Positions 45,485 to 57,102 of a stretch of 64,000 nucleotides of DNA are shown piece after piece (the stretch's first letter is position 1; each line of letters begins with the position of its first letter). The position numbers and the translations under genes were made by a program. Source of the stretch: Candidatus Saccharimonadota bacterium (GTDB lineage: Bacteria > Patescibacteriota > Saccharimonadia > Saccharimonadales > Saccharimonadaceae); contig CAWVEQ010000012.1 of assembly GCA_963928385.1 (NCBI GenBank), positions 32,957-96,956 on the forward strand, written 5' to 3'. The notes beneath the pieces were generated by a model that saw only the letters and a program-made list of their open reading frames with translations, was not told where the DNA came from and did no database searches.

Positions 45485-45526
45485 TAGGATTCTACGTGGG
45501 AGTGTTAGCTAGGAGTGTACTGCTAA

Positions 45527-46414
45527 ATGTATAGCGCCATTAAGGCTAATAAACGGAATACCGTCATTATTATGGCGGTATTCCTGATGATTATTTCGGC
45601 ACTGGGTTTTTTGGCTGGTTATCTATGGGATGATTATTTTATAACCATTATGGTTATCGTCATTGCGGCGATTTATGCATTAATCGAGTACTTCGCAGCC
45701 AGCCGGATGGCAATAGCTATCAGTGGCGGACGCGAAATCACTAAGGCGGATAATCCAGTATTATGGAACACTGTCGAGAATCTAGCTATTGCCAGTGGTA
45801 TACCGATGCCACGAGTATTCATTATTGACGATCCGGCGCCGAATGCATTTGCGACTGGTCGCGATCCTAGGCATTCCTATGTGGCGGCAACAACTGGTCT
45901 GTTGCAGATTATGGACAAACGTGAGCTGACTGGCGTAATGGCGCACGAGATGTCACATGTACAGAACTATGACATCCGTGTCAGTATGATTGTCTTTGGA
46001 CTAGTGGCGGCGATCGGTCTAATATCTAACATTTTGCTGCGAATGACCTTTCTGGGTGGTCGTGATCGGAATAACGACAACAAGTCCTCGTCGCCAGTTT
46101 TTCTGATCCTGGGGTTGGCAGCGGCTATTTTGGCGCCTATCATTGCTGCACTGGTGCAATTGGCAGTGTCGCGTCAGCGCGAGTATCTGGCTGACTCATC
46201 GGCAGCGCTATTAACACGTGATCCTGAGGGGTTAGCATCGGCTCTGAGTAAGCTACAACAGCATAGCCAGCCTATGCGCAAACAGAATGCTGATATGGCG
46301 CACATGTATATTAGCAATCCTCTGAAACCTGGTTTATTCAGTCGGATGTTTAGTACGCATCCACCAATTGATGATCGCATCGCCAGGCTACAACAAATGG
46401 GAGGTCAAATGTAA
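45527..46414 (+). CDS. htpX: Zn-dependent M48 protease HtpX
   Basis: It has the HEMSH zinc motif, four TM segments and the C-terminal THPP..RI. Confidence 0.9.
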   Translation: MYSAIKANKRNTVIIMAVFLMIISALGFLAGYLWDDYFITIMVIVIAAIYALIEYFAASRMAIAISGGREITKADNPVLWNTVENLAIASGIPMPRVFIIDDPAPNAFATGRDPRHSYVAATTGLLQIMDKRELTGVMAHEMSHVQNYDIRVSMIVFGLVAAIGLISNILLRMTFLGGRDRNNDNKSSSPVFLILGLAAAILAPIIAALVQLAVSRQREYLADSSAALLTRDPEGLASALSKLQQHSQPMRKQNADMAHMYISNPLKPGLFSRMFSTHPPIDDRIARLQQMGGQM

Positions 46415-47817
46415 TGGTTAAGGAAATGGTGCAAATTACACGGCGCGAACAGAGACTGCGTGAGCGTCTGCTGACGGTTGACGAGGATGTCATCCACGAC
46501 GAAAAGCGTCTGCATGATAATGGCGAACGCCGTAAGGCGCGCCTGACCAAGCGCATTAATCGTGTGCGCAGTCGCCAGGAGGCTAGGTTAAATCGGCGCG
46601 ACAACTCGCGTCTGTATCGTCGGTCGCATATCCTATATGCACTCACAACACCATTCCGTGCAATCGGTCGCGGTATCCGGGCAATCTATCGTAAACTGCG
46701 TGGTCGGGTTGAGCATCATCGTCAGGTGACGCCACATCGCAGCTTTTACTTAACTACTCACGCCCAGTCGGTGCGTCAGATTAACATTTCGGGTTATGGT
46801 CGATTTGTCCACGAGGTGGGCCGCCTGATTTGGGATAATAAGCGGTTGTATCTGAAGGTTCTACTAGTTCTAACAGTGGCTCTGTTGTTCATCATTGGTC
46901 TGGGGGCGCAAAGTAATTATATTGAGATGCGCAATTCGTTTGCCGAGGTTGGTATGGGCAAGTTCCTAACGCTGGTTGGCTTATTGACACAGGCCATCAT
47001 CACCAGTATGACGGTGACCGACGCTAATCGGCAGACATTTGCAATTGTCCTAATCCTGGTTGCCTGGATGGCTCTTATCTACATTGTTCGTCATATCTAT
47101 GGTGGCAAGACCAAGATGAAGCTACGCGATGCTCTATACAATTCATCGGGCGCATTGGTGCCGTTACTGACAATCCTAGCAGTGGTGTTGATCCAGATGT
47201 TACCGTTGGCTATTGGCTTGATTTCATATTCGGCCGTTACAGGCGCGGGCTATATTAACGAAGGAATTGAAATTGAGAACATGGCGGCTTGGTGTGTTAT
47301 CGCCGCGTTGGCCATCCTGACCATTTATTGGATGATAACCAGCCTGCTGACTTTGGTTACCGTTACTATTCCAGGAATTTATCCACTCAGGGCATACTTC
47401 GAAACCAGTGTTTTGGTATCCGGGCGCCGTGTCAAGATTTTGCTGCGCATTTTAATGATGTTGCTGCCGCTAGTCGTCCTGTGGCTGGTTGTTTTAATTC
47501 CAGTTGTCTTAATTGACCAAGCAGTTACGTTTGATTCGGTACCGTTCGTCCAACTATTTACCACCTTGTTGGTAGCGGCATCATTAATCTGGATTTCGGT
47601 TTATTTGTACATGCTGTATCGTCGTCTGTTGGACAGCCCCGAGCAGCCAGTGGGTACGCCGAATAGTCAGTTTGTCTGGCCTTGGTTAAGAAAGAAACGT
47701 GCTGCCGAGATAGCCGAGGCTGCTACCAGTCAGGATGCTGCAACTGACCGATCTGGCACTAAGAAGACTAAAAAGAATTCGGGCAAGACCAGAAAAACAG
47801 CCTCGCCATCAAATTAG
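46414..47817 (+). CDS. Multi-pass membrane protein with a highly basic N-terminal region, unknown function
   Basis: It is a long ORF whose start overlaps the htpX stop. It has an Arg-rich N-terminus followed by about 6 TM helices. Confidence 0.55.
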   Translation: MVKEMVQITRREQRLRERLLTVDEDVIHDEKRLHDNGERRKARLTKRINRVRSRQEARLNRRDNSRLYRRSHILYALTTPFRAIGRGIRAIYRKLRGRVEHHRQVTPHRSFYLTTHAQSVRQINISGYGRFVHEVGRLIWDNKRLYLKVLLVLTVALLFIIGLGAQSNYIEMRNSFAEVGMGKFLTLVGLLTQAIITSMTVTDANRQTFAIVLILVAWMALIYIVRHIYGGKTKMKLRDALYNSSGALVPLLTILAVVLIQMLPLAIGLISYSAVTGAGYINEGIEIENMAAWCVIAALAILTIYWMITSLLTLVTVTIPGIYPLRAYFETSVLVSGRRVKILLRILMMLLPLVVLWLVVLIPVVLIDQAVTFDSVPFVQLFTTLLVAASLIWISVYLYMLYRRLLDSPEQPVGTPNSQFVWPWLRKKRAAEIAEAATSQDAATDRSGTKKTKKNSGKTRKTASPSN

Positions 47818-47871
47818 CACCACTACTGAGCTTTGATGTAACTAAATTGCGATACTGTTTGTGCTAAAATA

Positions 47872-49302
47872 TTGGCAACAATGACACAAACAGCTTATTC
47901 GATGTACACATACCAAAGGTTACTGTCTGTAGTTTTACCGTGCGCAATTGCCTTGATTCTGATTGGATTTTTCCCTATATATTTGCTGGCGCGGCACTTT
48001 GCCGCACAACATCGTCTGACTCGTAATGAAGCTCTTCTCAAACAGGGTAAAATGCTGTGTATGCTAGTCGCCGTTGTCGTGGTGATTGCGGCAGCTCTGA
48101 CGACAGCGCTCGTTACGGGCTCTTTTAACGCGTCAAGTGTTGCCAATACTGTAGAACCAGTACTAAGCACCTTCATCGTAGCGGCAGTGCCAGTAATTAT
48201 TGGCGAACTGATTGGCGCTCGCGTTGGTTTTGACCTATATCGGCCTGTAGCTGACAAATGGGTGCGCAGCCAGCAGCTGGCTGAACTAGCTAGACAGGAT
48301 CCGATTTGGAACGAAGAGTATATGCTACAAGGCGTTCGCAACGTCTTTCGAGCTTATCAGCGAGATTGGTCAAATCTAAATATTGCGGCAACTCGATCAT
48401 ATTTAACGCCTCGGTATCATCGCCATGTTGAGCTAATGATGCGAGCTCTTCGCGATACTGGTCGACGCAATAAAGTAACCATTAGGCGAATTGAGCATAT
48501 CGAAATTGGTAGCTTTGTTGATATGCGTAACAATGAGCGCGATCGATTTGAAGCAGTTATATTTGCGGATGTCACTAGTCAATTGATTGACGTAGCTAGC
48601 GGGCGCATTATGGATAATAAGAAATTGTCCATAATGGAAAACTGGCAATTCCAACGTCATTACGATACCTGGTTGTTAAACCAAATTAGTCCGTTAGTCA
48701 GTATTGATGACGCGCGCGAGGCGGATATCCAGCTGTTTGCCAACCGCCATGGTGCCTATTATTCGCTGCACTGGGGAAGGATGCTGCTGCCGACGCGGGG
48801 TCAAATATTCGGTTCACACGCTTTTCGTACAGCCGATGTGAGCAACTATGTGATTGGGCAGATGAAATCAACCGGGCGAGCAACCCGTGATGATGCTGTT
48901 TACCAAATTTATACTTATGTGCGGCGCCCGTATATGGGTGTTAATCCGAGTGGCGAATATCTAATCGGTCAAATGCCCTTGCCTAAGGAGTACGGCAACA
49001 TTGTGGTGCGTCGACGGCAGCCGCTACAACCTAAAATTAGAGGTCTGCACAAGATTGAAATTGGGTATGATAGGTTTAATGACAAGTACGACGTCTATGC
49101 TGAGGCAAAGGAGCAAGTTACTGTATTCGAGTTATTACATCCAGTCATGATACAGACGTTAATTGATATACCATTCCCGATTAACCTAGAAGTGATTGAT
49201 CGCGCAGTGTACTTCTATGTGCCGTTATATCAGACTAACGCCGACAACTATAGTGCCATGTTGAAAGTTTTGCAGGCTGCCTATCGCGAATTAAAGATAT
49301 AG
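47872..49302 (+). CDS. Membrane protein with a Tim44-like domain and a DUF3137-like C-terminal domain (paralog 1)
   Basis: It has N-terminal TM helices. The middle segment NVFRAYQRDWSNLNI is Tim44-like. The C-terminal region is shared with the next gene. Confidence 0.6.
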   Translation: MATMTQTAYSMYTYQRLLSVVLPCAIALILIGFFPIYLLARHFAAQHRLTRNEALLKQGKMLCMLVAVVVVIAAALTTALVTGSFNASSVANTVEPVLSTFIVAAVPVIIGELIGARVGFDLYRPVADKWVRSQQLAELARQDPIWNEEYMLQGVRNVFRAYQRDWSNLNIAATRSYLTPRYHRHVELMMRALRDTGRRNKVTIRRIEHIEIGSFVDMRNNERDRFEAVIFADVTSQLIDVASGRIMDNKKLSIMENWQFQRHYDTWLLNQISPLVSIDDAREADIQLFANRHGAYYSLHWGRMLLPTRGQIFGSHAFRTADVSNYVIGQMKSTGRATRDDAVYQIYTYVRRPYMGVNPSGEYLIGQMPLPKEYGNIVVRRRQPLQPKIRGLHKIEIGYDRFNDKYDVYAEAKEQVTVFELLHPVMIQTLIDIPFPINLEVIDRAVYFYVPLYQTNADNYSAMLKVLQAAYRELKI

Positions 49303-49402
49303 CTAGTTAAAGCGATGTGGTTGCTCCGTGGTGGGTCGAATCAACCAGTTCACAATGGCTGGCACAGCACTGCCAATCAGCTTGTGTTAAAATTAACATA
49401 GG

Positions 49403-51004
49403 ATGTTGGAATTACTGACACAAATCTTTAGCTTTATCGCTTCGGCCGGTGGTGGCGGGTCTAGCTCAGGCGGAGGCGGTGGCGGTGGCGGAGGTAGCAG
49501 TGGCGGTTCGTCGGGCGGCGGATCAGGTAGCATGCCCTCGTTCATGGGCCTGTTTATGATAATAATGTTTCCGGTGGGCGCAATCGTCGGGCTGATTAAT
49601 GGTGCCTTTGCGTGGATTAGCTATCGACGCGAGGACTCTAAAATTGCTGAATACGGCAAAACTGCAGCCATAATTACTGGCGCAATCATTACAATTATTG
49701 GCGGCATTGTAGGGACGAACCTCTACGTAGATATGAAGGTTCAAGAGCGGCAAAGCTATAACGACGAACTGCGATTGGAAAATTCCCTGCGAACTATTAG
49801 CAACAAGAAACGATTAGAGTTAAAGGAAGTCGGCCCACATACTTATGATTACATCATCGGATTGGTGTTTTCTGTGCTGGGTAGTACTGCTGGTACGTGG
49901 CTTGGCATACGAACAGTCAAAATGCAGCTTGACAGTAAAATATCCACTCGTAACAGCCGACGACGTTTTCAGGCGCGGCTGGCGAATGCTGCTGCGGCTG
50001 ATCCGGCGTGGAATACCGAATACCTGCTTAACGGCGTTCGCAATGTCTTTCTGGCCTACCAACGAGATTGGTCAAACTTGGATATTGCGGCAACGCAAGT
50101 ATATCTAACGGAGCGTTATTACCAGCATGTCAATTTGATGTTAACGGCCTTTCGCGAATCAGGGCGAGTGAATAACACTATCGTTCACAGTGTTAATTCA
50201 ATAGTCATCACCAAGCTAACTAATTCGCCCGACGACACTCAGGATCAGTTTACGGCGCATGTAACGGCCGATATTACCGACCAGTTAATGAACTCGACTA
50301 ATGGCAAGTTAATGAGCAGTGCGCGTTTTGAGTTGGCCGAGGATTGGCAATTCATGCGTGACGGTAATACTTGGCGGCTGGATGGCATCAATCCATCAAC
50401 GGCAGCTGAAAATACTCGAGCTGGCAGCATTCAACGCTTTGCTGAAACTAGTGGCGCCTATTACTCGCTGGATTGGGGTCGGATGCTATTGCCTGAACGT
50501 GGACAAATCTTTGGTCGTAAAGTGTACCAGACGGCTGACGTAAACAACCACGTGATTGGTCGAATGCAGTCAACAGGGCGGATTTACGCTGATGACGTGA
50601 TTTATCAAATCTACACTTACTCCGAGCGTCCATACAATACTAGTAAGGTAGTGTATCTAGTCGGTCAAATGTTTGTGCCGAAAAGTTACGGCAATATTCT
50701 GTTGGCACGCACGGATAGCAAGCTGCGGCGTACTAAGCTATTTGGTCTAACCAAGGTGGAGCTAGAGTGGGGTGACTTTAATAGGACGTATCAGGTTTAC
50801 GCCACCTCGCCTGAGCAGGTTACGGCATTTGAGCTGCTACATCCAGCCATGATGCAAACCCTGGTTGATGCGCCATTCCAGATTAATATTGAGGTTATTG
50901 ATAATGCTATCTACTTCTATGCGCCGCTACGCAGCACTAAGGCCAAGGATTATCGAGCGATGTTGTCGGTTCTGCAGGCTGCCTATCGCGAGCTAAAGTT
51001 GTGA
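49403..51004 (+). CDS. Membrane protein with a Gly/Ser tract, a Tim44-like domain and a DUF3137-like C-terminal domain (paralog 2)
   Basis: By eye it is about half identical to 47872-49302 over the C-terminal 330 aa or so. The N-terminus carries a GGGGSSSGGGGGGGGSSGGSSGGGSGS tract. Confidence 0.6.
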   Translation: MLELLTQIFSFIASAGGGGSSSGGGGGGGGGSSGGSSGGGSGSMPSFMGLFMIIMFPVGAIVGLINGAFAWISYRREDSKIAEYGKTAAIITGAIITIIGGIVGTNLYVDMKVQERQSYNDELRLENSLRTISNKKRLELKEVGPHTYDYIIGLVFSVLGSTAGTWLGIRTVKMQLDSKISTRNSRRRFQARLANAAAADPAWNTEYLLNGVRNVFLAYQRDWSNLDIAATQVYLTERYYQHVNLMLTAFRESGRVNNTIVHSVNSIVITKLTNSPDDTQDQFTAHVTADITDQLMNSTNGKLMSSARFELAEDWQFMRDGNTWRLDGINPSTAAENTRAGSIQRFAETSGAYYSLDWGRMLLPERGQIFGRKVYQTADVNNHVIGRMQSTGRIYADDVIYQIYTYSERPYNTSKVVYLVGQMFVPKSYGNILLARTDSKLRRTKLFGLTKVELEWGDFNRTYQVYATSPEQVTAFELLHPAMMQTLVDAPFQINIEVIDNAIYFYAPLRSTKAKDYRAMLSVLQAAYRELKL

Positions 51005-51039
51005 TGGCGGTGCCGCAAGCCTGGATGGTGTAAAATTGA

Positions 51040-53088
<2,049 letters not shown>

Positions 53089-53261
53089 CTCACTTATGTT
53101 AATATTAATATAGCTGGTGTGCAGACGGGGCGGACCGTCTGGCGCAAGTAAAACAAAAACGTGTGATGCCCCAGGGTGGGCGCACAGCAGCTGAATAAAA
53201 ACATAAACTATGGAACCTCGTGGGCTTCTCCGGCGAGGTTTTGTAGTATAATAAAACGTAC

Positions 53262-53337
53262 GGGGTAGTAGCTCATCTGGTAGAGCGCAGCATTCGCATT
53301 GCTGAGGTGGTCGGTTCGAGTCCGATCTACTCCACCA
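53262..53337 (+). tRNA. tRNA-Ala (CGC), CCA encoded
   Basis: It has the G3:U70 pair, anticodon stem CAGCA/TGCTG and loop TTCGCAT. Confidence 0.9.
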
Positions 53338-53369
53338 CGAACTTATTTCATTTCGAATTATTTATACGT

Positions 53370-55691
53370 ATGGCGAAACTAACGGGGTTAACTAGTGCAG
53401 AAGTAGCTGATCGTCAGGCGCGGGGGCTGACCAACCAGCTGAACAGCACTACTTCACGTCGTCTGCGTGATATTATTCGCGCCAACGTTCTGACACCGTT
53501 TAATGGTTTGATTACGGCGTTAGCTGTGGCTACTTGGCTGGCTAATGGCAACCCGATTAACTCACTATTCTTTATCGCCATGTTACTCAATATTATTGTG
53601 GGTGTGGCACAGGAGGTGAAGGCTAAAATCGTACTAGACCGTTTGGCCATTATGGTTAAACCATCGGTCAAGGTAATCCGCGACGGGCATCGTCAAACAA
53701 TTGCCAGTAGTGAAGTGGTGCTGGGCGATTATATTGTCCTGGGGCTAGGCGACCAGATTGTGGCTGATGGACGGATATTGTGGTCGGGCGATTTGGAAAT
53801 TGATGAAAGTTTGCTAACAGGAGAAGCTGACGCAGTGGCTAAAGTGGTGGATGACGAAGTTTATTCGGGCTCATTCGTGACGTCGGGTAGTGGTGTTATG
53901 GAGGTGACTAAGGTGGGCGAGCAGTCATACTCGGCTAAATTGTCAACAGAGGCCAGGCAGTTCAAGCGCGTGTCGTCCGAGCTAATTAATGCTACCAACT
54001 GGATTATGCGCTGGATTGCTCGTGTTCTCATTGTAGTGGCGCCAATTCTAATTATTGGTCAGTTGAATATTGGCGACGATTGGCGTTCGGCGGTTACCCA
54101 CGTAGTAGCGGCAATAGTCGGCATGATCCCCGAGGGACTGGTGCTGCTGACCAGCATGGCATTCTTACTGGCGGTGTTAAAACTGGCTCGTCAAAAGGTA
54201 CTAGTCCAGCAATTGCCTGCCGTTGAAACATTGGCGCGGGTCAACACCTTATTATTGGATAAAACGGGAACTCTAACCGAGGGCAAAATGACCGTTCGCG
54301 ACCTGATTGTGGCGAATGATGCTGATCGCGACATAGTTCGTTCGATAGCGCTGACGATGGCTAGTCGGGGCAGCTCGCCCACTAACAACGCCATTAGGGA
54401 ATATCTGTCTAAGGCAAAGAAAGCGGCTTTTAGTGACGAGATTCCTTTCAATAGCCGACGCAAGTGGAGTGCCATTAACGTTGATGACGATATTTATATT
54501 ATGGGGGCACCAGAGATAGTTATCAGTGACTCAACAATGTCGGGGCAGGCAACTGAGTTGGCCGCTCAGGGGTATCGAGTGTTGGCATTGGCACGGGCTG
54601 ATGAATGGCCAGACGGCGACGAGCTGGCCATATCGACTCGGCCGTTGGCTCTGCTGGTGCTAGAGGAAAAGATTCGCTCTGATGCGCAAAAAACTTTACA
54701 ATACTTTGCTAAACAGGGCGTGGAAATTAAGGTAATTTCAGGTGATGCCCCAACCACAGTCCAGGCGGTAGCGCGCCAAGTAGGTCTTAAGGCGGTTGCA
54801 ATGGATGCTCGGGATTTACCCGATCCAGACAAGGACCCGACTAAATTTTTACACATGGTAAAGCAGCATAACGTCTTTGGTCGGGTTAAGCCCGAACAGA
54901 AACGCCAGATAGCGGCTGCGCTGCAAGCTGATGGCGACGTGGTGGCGATGACGGGTGACGGAGTTAATGATGCCCTAGCGTTAAAGAAGGCGGATTTGGG
55001 CATTGCCATGGCTAGTGGCAGCTCGGCGACGCGGTCAGTAGCCGAGGTGGTGTTGCTGGATAACCAATTTGCTCATCTGCCAGCAGTGTTGGGCGAGGGG
55101 CGGCGAGTGGTCGCCAATATCGAACGTGTGGCTAATCTGTTTATTATTAAAAATGTCTACACTACCATCCTAGCTTTAGCGGTAACGGCGCTGGGACTGG
55201 TTTATCCATTCTTGCCCGCACAGATGACCTTGATTGGCGCTCTGAGTATTGGTATCCCCGCCTTCTTCTTTGCCCTGGCGCCCAATAACCAACGTTACCA
55301 GCCGGGCTTTTTGCGTCGAGTGCTCGGTTTCTCGTTGCCGGTTGGGACGGTGATAGCGGCGGCGATGTTTGCCTGCTACTATCTGCTGATTGGCTGGCAA
55401 AACTTAGATGTGGCGGCGGCTGGCACCAGTGTGTCGGTGGTGGTAATGGCTATTGGCCTGGCGGTGTTGACTAAGTTGTCGCAGCCAGTTCATGGCTGGA
55501 AGCTGGCACTAATTTTGGCGTGCGAGGCTGTGTTTGTGGCCTGCGTTATGTGGCAACCATTGGCCAGTCTATTTGGCTTTGAATTTAATTGGGCAACTTT
55601 GCCGGTCATTGCTGTAATTGTTGCGCTGGCTGTTGTCGTCGCCGTCATCCTGCAAAAGCTCACCGACCGCATTATCGACCACTTTGAATAG
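53370..55691 (+). CDS. Cation-transporting P-type ATPase (HAD superfamily)
   Basis: It has the DKTGTLT phosphorylation motif, a TGEA-type actuator motif (LTGEAD) and the hinge GDGVNDALAL. The start is set at the ATG at 53370, because the longer ORF overlaps tRNA-Ala. Confidence 0.9.
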   Translation: MAKLTGLTSAEVADRQARGLTNQLNSTTSRRLRDIIRANVLTPFNGLITALAVATWLANGNPINSLFFIAMLLNIIVGVAQEVKAKIVLDRLAIMVKPSVKVIRDGHRQTIASSEVVLGDYIVLGLGDQIVADGRILWSGDLEIDESLLTGEADAVAKVVDDEVYSGSFVTSGSGVMEVTKVGEQSYSAKLSTEARQFKRVSSELINATNWIMRWIARVLIVVAPILIIGQLNIGDDWRSAVTHVVAAIVGMIPEGLVLLTSMAFLLAVLKLARQKVLVQQLPAVETLARVNTLLLDKTGTLTEGKMTVRDLIVANDADRDIVRSIALTMASRGSSPTNNAIREYLSKAKKAAFSDEIPFNSRRKWSAINVDDDIYIMGAPEIVISDSTMSGQATELAAQGYRVLALARADEWPDGDELAISTRPLALLVLEEKIRSDAQKTLQYFAKQGVEIKVISGDAPTTVQAVARQVGLKAVAMDARDLPDPDKDPTKFLHMVKQHNVFGRVKPEQKRQIAAALQADGDVVAMTGDGVNDALALKKADLGIAMASGSSATRSVAEVVLLDNQFAHLPAVLGEGRRVVANIERVANLFIIKNVYTTILALAVTALGLVYPFLPAQMTLIGALSIGIPAFFFALAPNNQRYQPGFLRRVLGFSLPVGTVIAAAMFACYYLLIGWQNLDVAAAGTSVSVVVMAIGLAVLTKLSQPVHGWKLALILACEAVFVACVMWQPLASLFGFEFNWATLPVIAVIVALAVVVAVILQKLTDRIIDHFE

Positions 55692-55740
55692 TCATTTCAG
55701 CAAGGGCTCTCAGCTGTAGCTAAAATGCTATAATAAACTT

Positions 55741-57057
55741 ATGTTCAGTAAATACGTTCAGTGGCGACTAGAGCGCTACGTAAAGAAATACTTCAAAAAG
55801 CATCATCCAACGCTAATTGCTGTGGTTGGTTCAGTTGGCAAAACCACTACTAAGACGGCCATTGGTACTGTTCTATCTGGTCAATTTCGCATCCAGTTGG
55901 AGCCCGAGAATCACAACAGCCCACTGAGTGTTCCGCTGGCTATCATGGGGGTTAAGTATCCACCACTAGAATTGGTCCATAGCGTTGGCACTTGGCGCAA
56001 AGTTTTTAAGGCGATGAAGCAACGTGTCAAAGCACCGCAAGGGGTGGATGTGATTATCCAGGAGCTTGGTACCGATCACCCCGGCGACCTAGCGACATAC
56101 CAAAAGTATTTAAAGCCAGATATTACCGTTGTAACATCAGTGTCGCCCGAACATATGGAGAACTTCCCCGGTGGCTTAGCTGAGGTAGCAAAGGAAGAGT
56201 TGTCTATTGCCGCCTACTCGGGATTGACGATTGTTAATCATGATGACGTTGATGGTAGCTTTGCTCAATATGCTAATACTAGCAATCTAACCGACTACGG
56301 CATTGATGGCGGTGAATACCGTATTGAGGTGACTGGTGGCTCACCGCTGCAGGGCTATCAAGTTAATTTATACGCGCCGGGGCTTCATCAGCCTGTGTCA
56401 ACTACGCTGCATCTATTGGGCAACCATATGCTAAAGGCAGCGTGTGCAGCCTTTACGGTTGGTATGCGGCTGGGGATGGCGCCATCAGCAATTGCTAACC
56501 AGCTAGCTCAGATAACGCCAGTGCCAGGGCGTATGAATCCATTACCGGGACGCAAAGGTTCAGTGTTGATTGATGATACCTATAATTCATCCCCCGTGGC
56601 GGCCATTGCTGCTTTGCAGACGCTATACCAGATTGAGGCGCCGCAGCGTATCGCTATTCTAGGTACGATGAACGAGCTGGGTAACTACAGTGCAGCTGCT
56701 CACCAGCAGGTTGGTCAATATTGCGACCCAATGTTATTGGACTGGGTGATTACGATTGGTGATATGGCGGGTCAGAACTTGGCGCCGATGGCACGTAAAA
56801 TGGGATGTCAAGTGCGTAGCTTTAATGATCCGTTGTCGGCGGGTACGTTTGCCAGTCAAGTACTAAAGGAAGGGGCCGCTGTCCTAATTAAGGGGTCGCA
56901 GAACAAAGTCTTTGCCGAGGAGGCTACTAAGGTGTTGCTACGTGACACCAACGACAAGGATAAACTAGTGCGCCAGGACGATTATTGGCTCAGGCGCAAA
57001 CAGGACTGGTACGCTGAGCTGCATAATCAAACTAGCGACGATTTAGATAACGAATAG
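55741..57057 (+). CDS. murF: Mur ligase family protein, MurF-like (UDP-MurNAc-tripeptide--D-Ala-D-Ala ligase)
   Basis: It has the P-loop GSVGKTTTK, the Mur ligase middle and C-terminal domains (DDTYNSSP) and is 438 aa. Confidence 0.7.
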   Translation: MFSKYVQWRLERYVKKYFKKHHPTLIAVVGSVGKTTTKTAIGTVLSGQFRIQLEPENHNSPLSVPLAIMGVKYPPLELVHSVGTWRKVFKAMKQRVKAPQGVDVIIQELGTDHPGDLATYQKYLKPDITVVTSVSPEHMENFPGGLAEVAKEELSIAAYSGLTIVNHDDVDGSFAQYANTSNLTDYGIDGGEYRIEVTGGSPLQGYQVNLYAPGLHQPVSTTLHLLGNHMLKAACAAFTVGMRLGMAPSAIANQLAQITPVPGRMNPLPGRKGSVLIDDTYNSSPVAAIAALQTLYQIEAPQRIAILGTMNELGNYSAAAHQQVGQYCDPMLLDWVITIGDMAGQNLAPMARKMGCQVRSFNDPLSAGTFASQVLKEGAAVLIKGSQNKVFAEEATKVLLRDTNDKDKLVRQDDYWLRRKQDWYAELHNQTSDDLDNE

Positions 57058-57102
57058 CTTTGATTCCCTAGCTAGTATGTCCATGGTGATATACTAGATA
57101 AC

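Noticed and set aside
53112-53192. I considered assigning the long helix downstream of ligA to SRP (4.5S) RNA.
   Set aside because: I could not find the conserved domain IV features (GNAR tetraloop closed by the AGCA/GGAA-type symmetric loop). It is kept only as an unnamed candidate.
53307-53369. The P-type ATPase ORF has an N-terminal extension (MVGSSPIYSTTNLFHFELFIR).
   Set aside because: It overlaps the 3' half of tRNA-Ala (53262-53337). The ATG at 53370 gives a canonical N-terminus.
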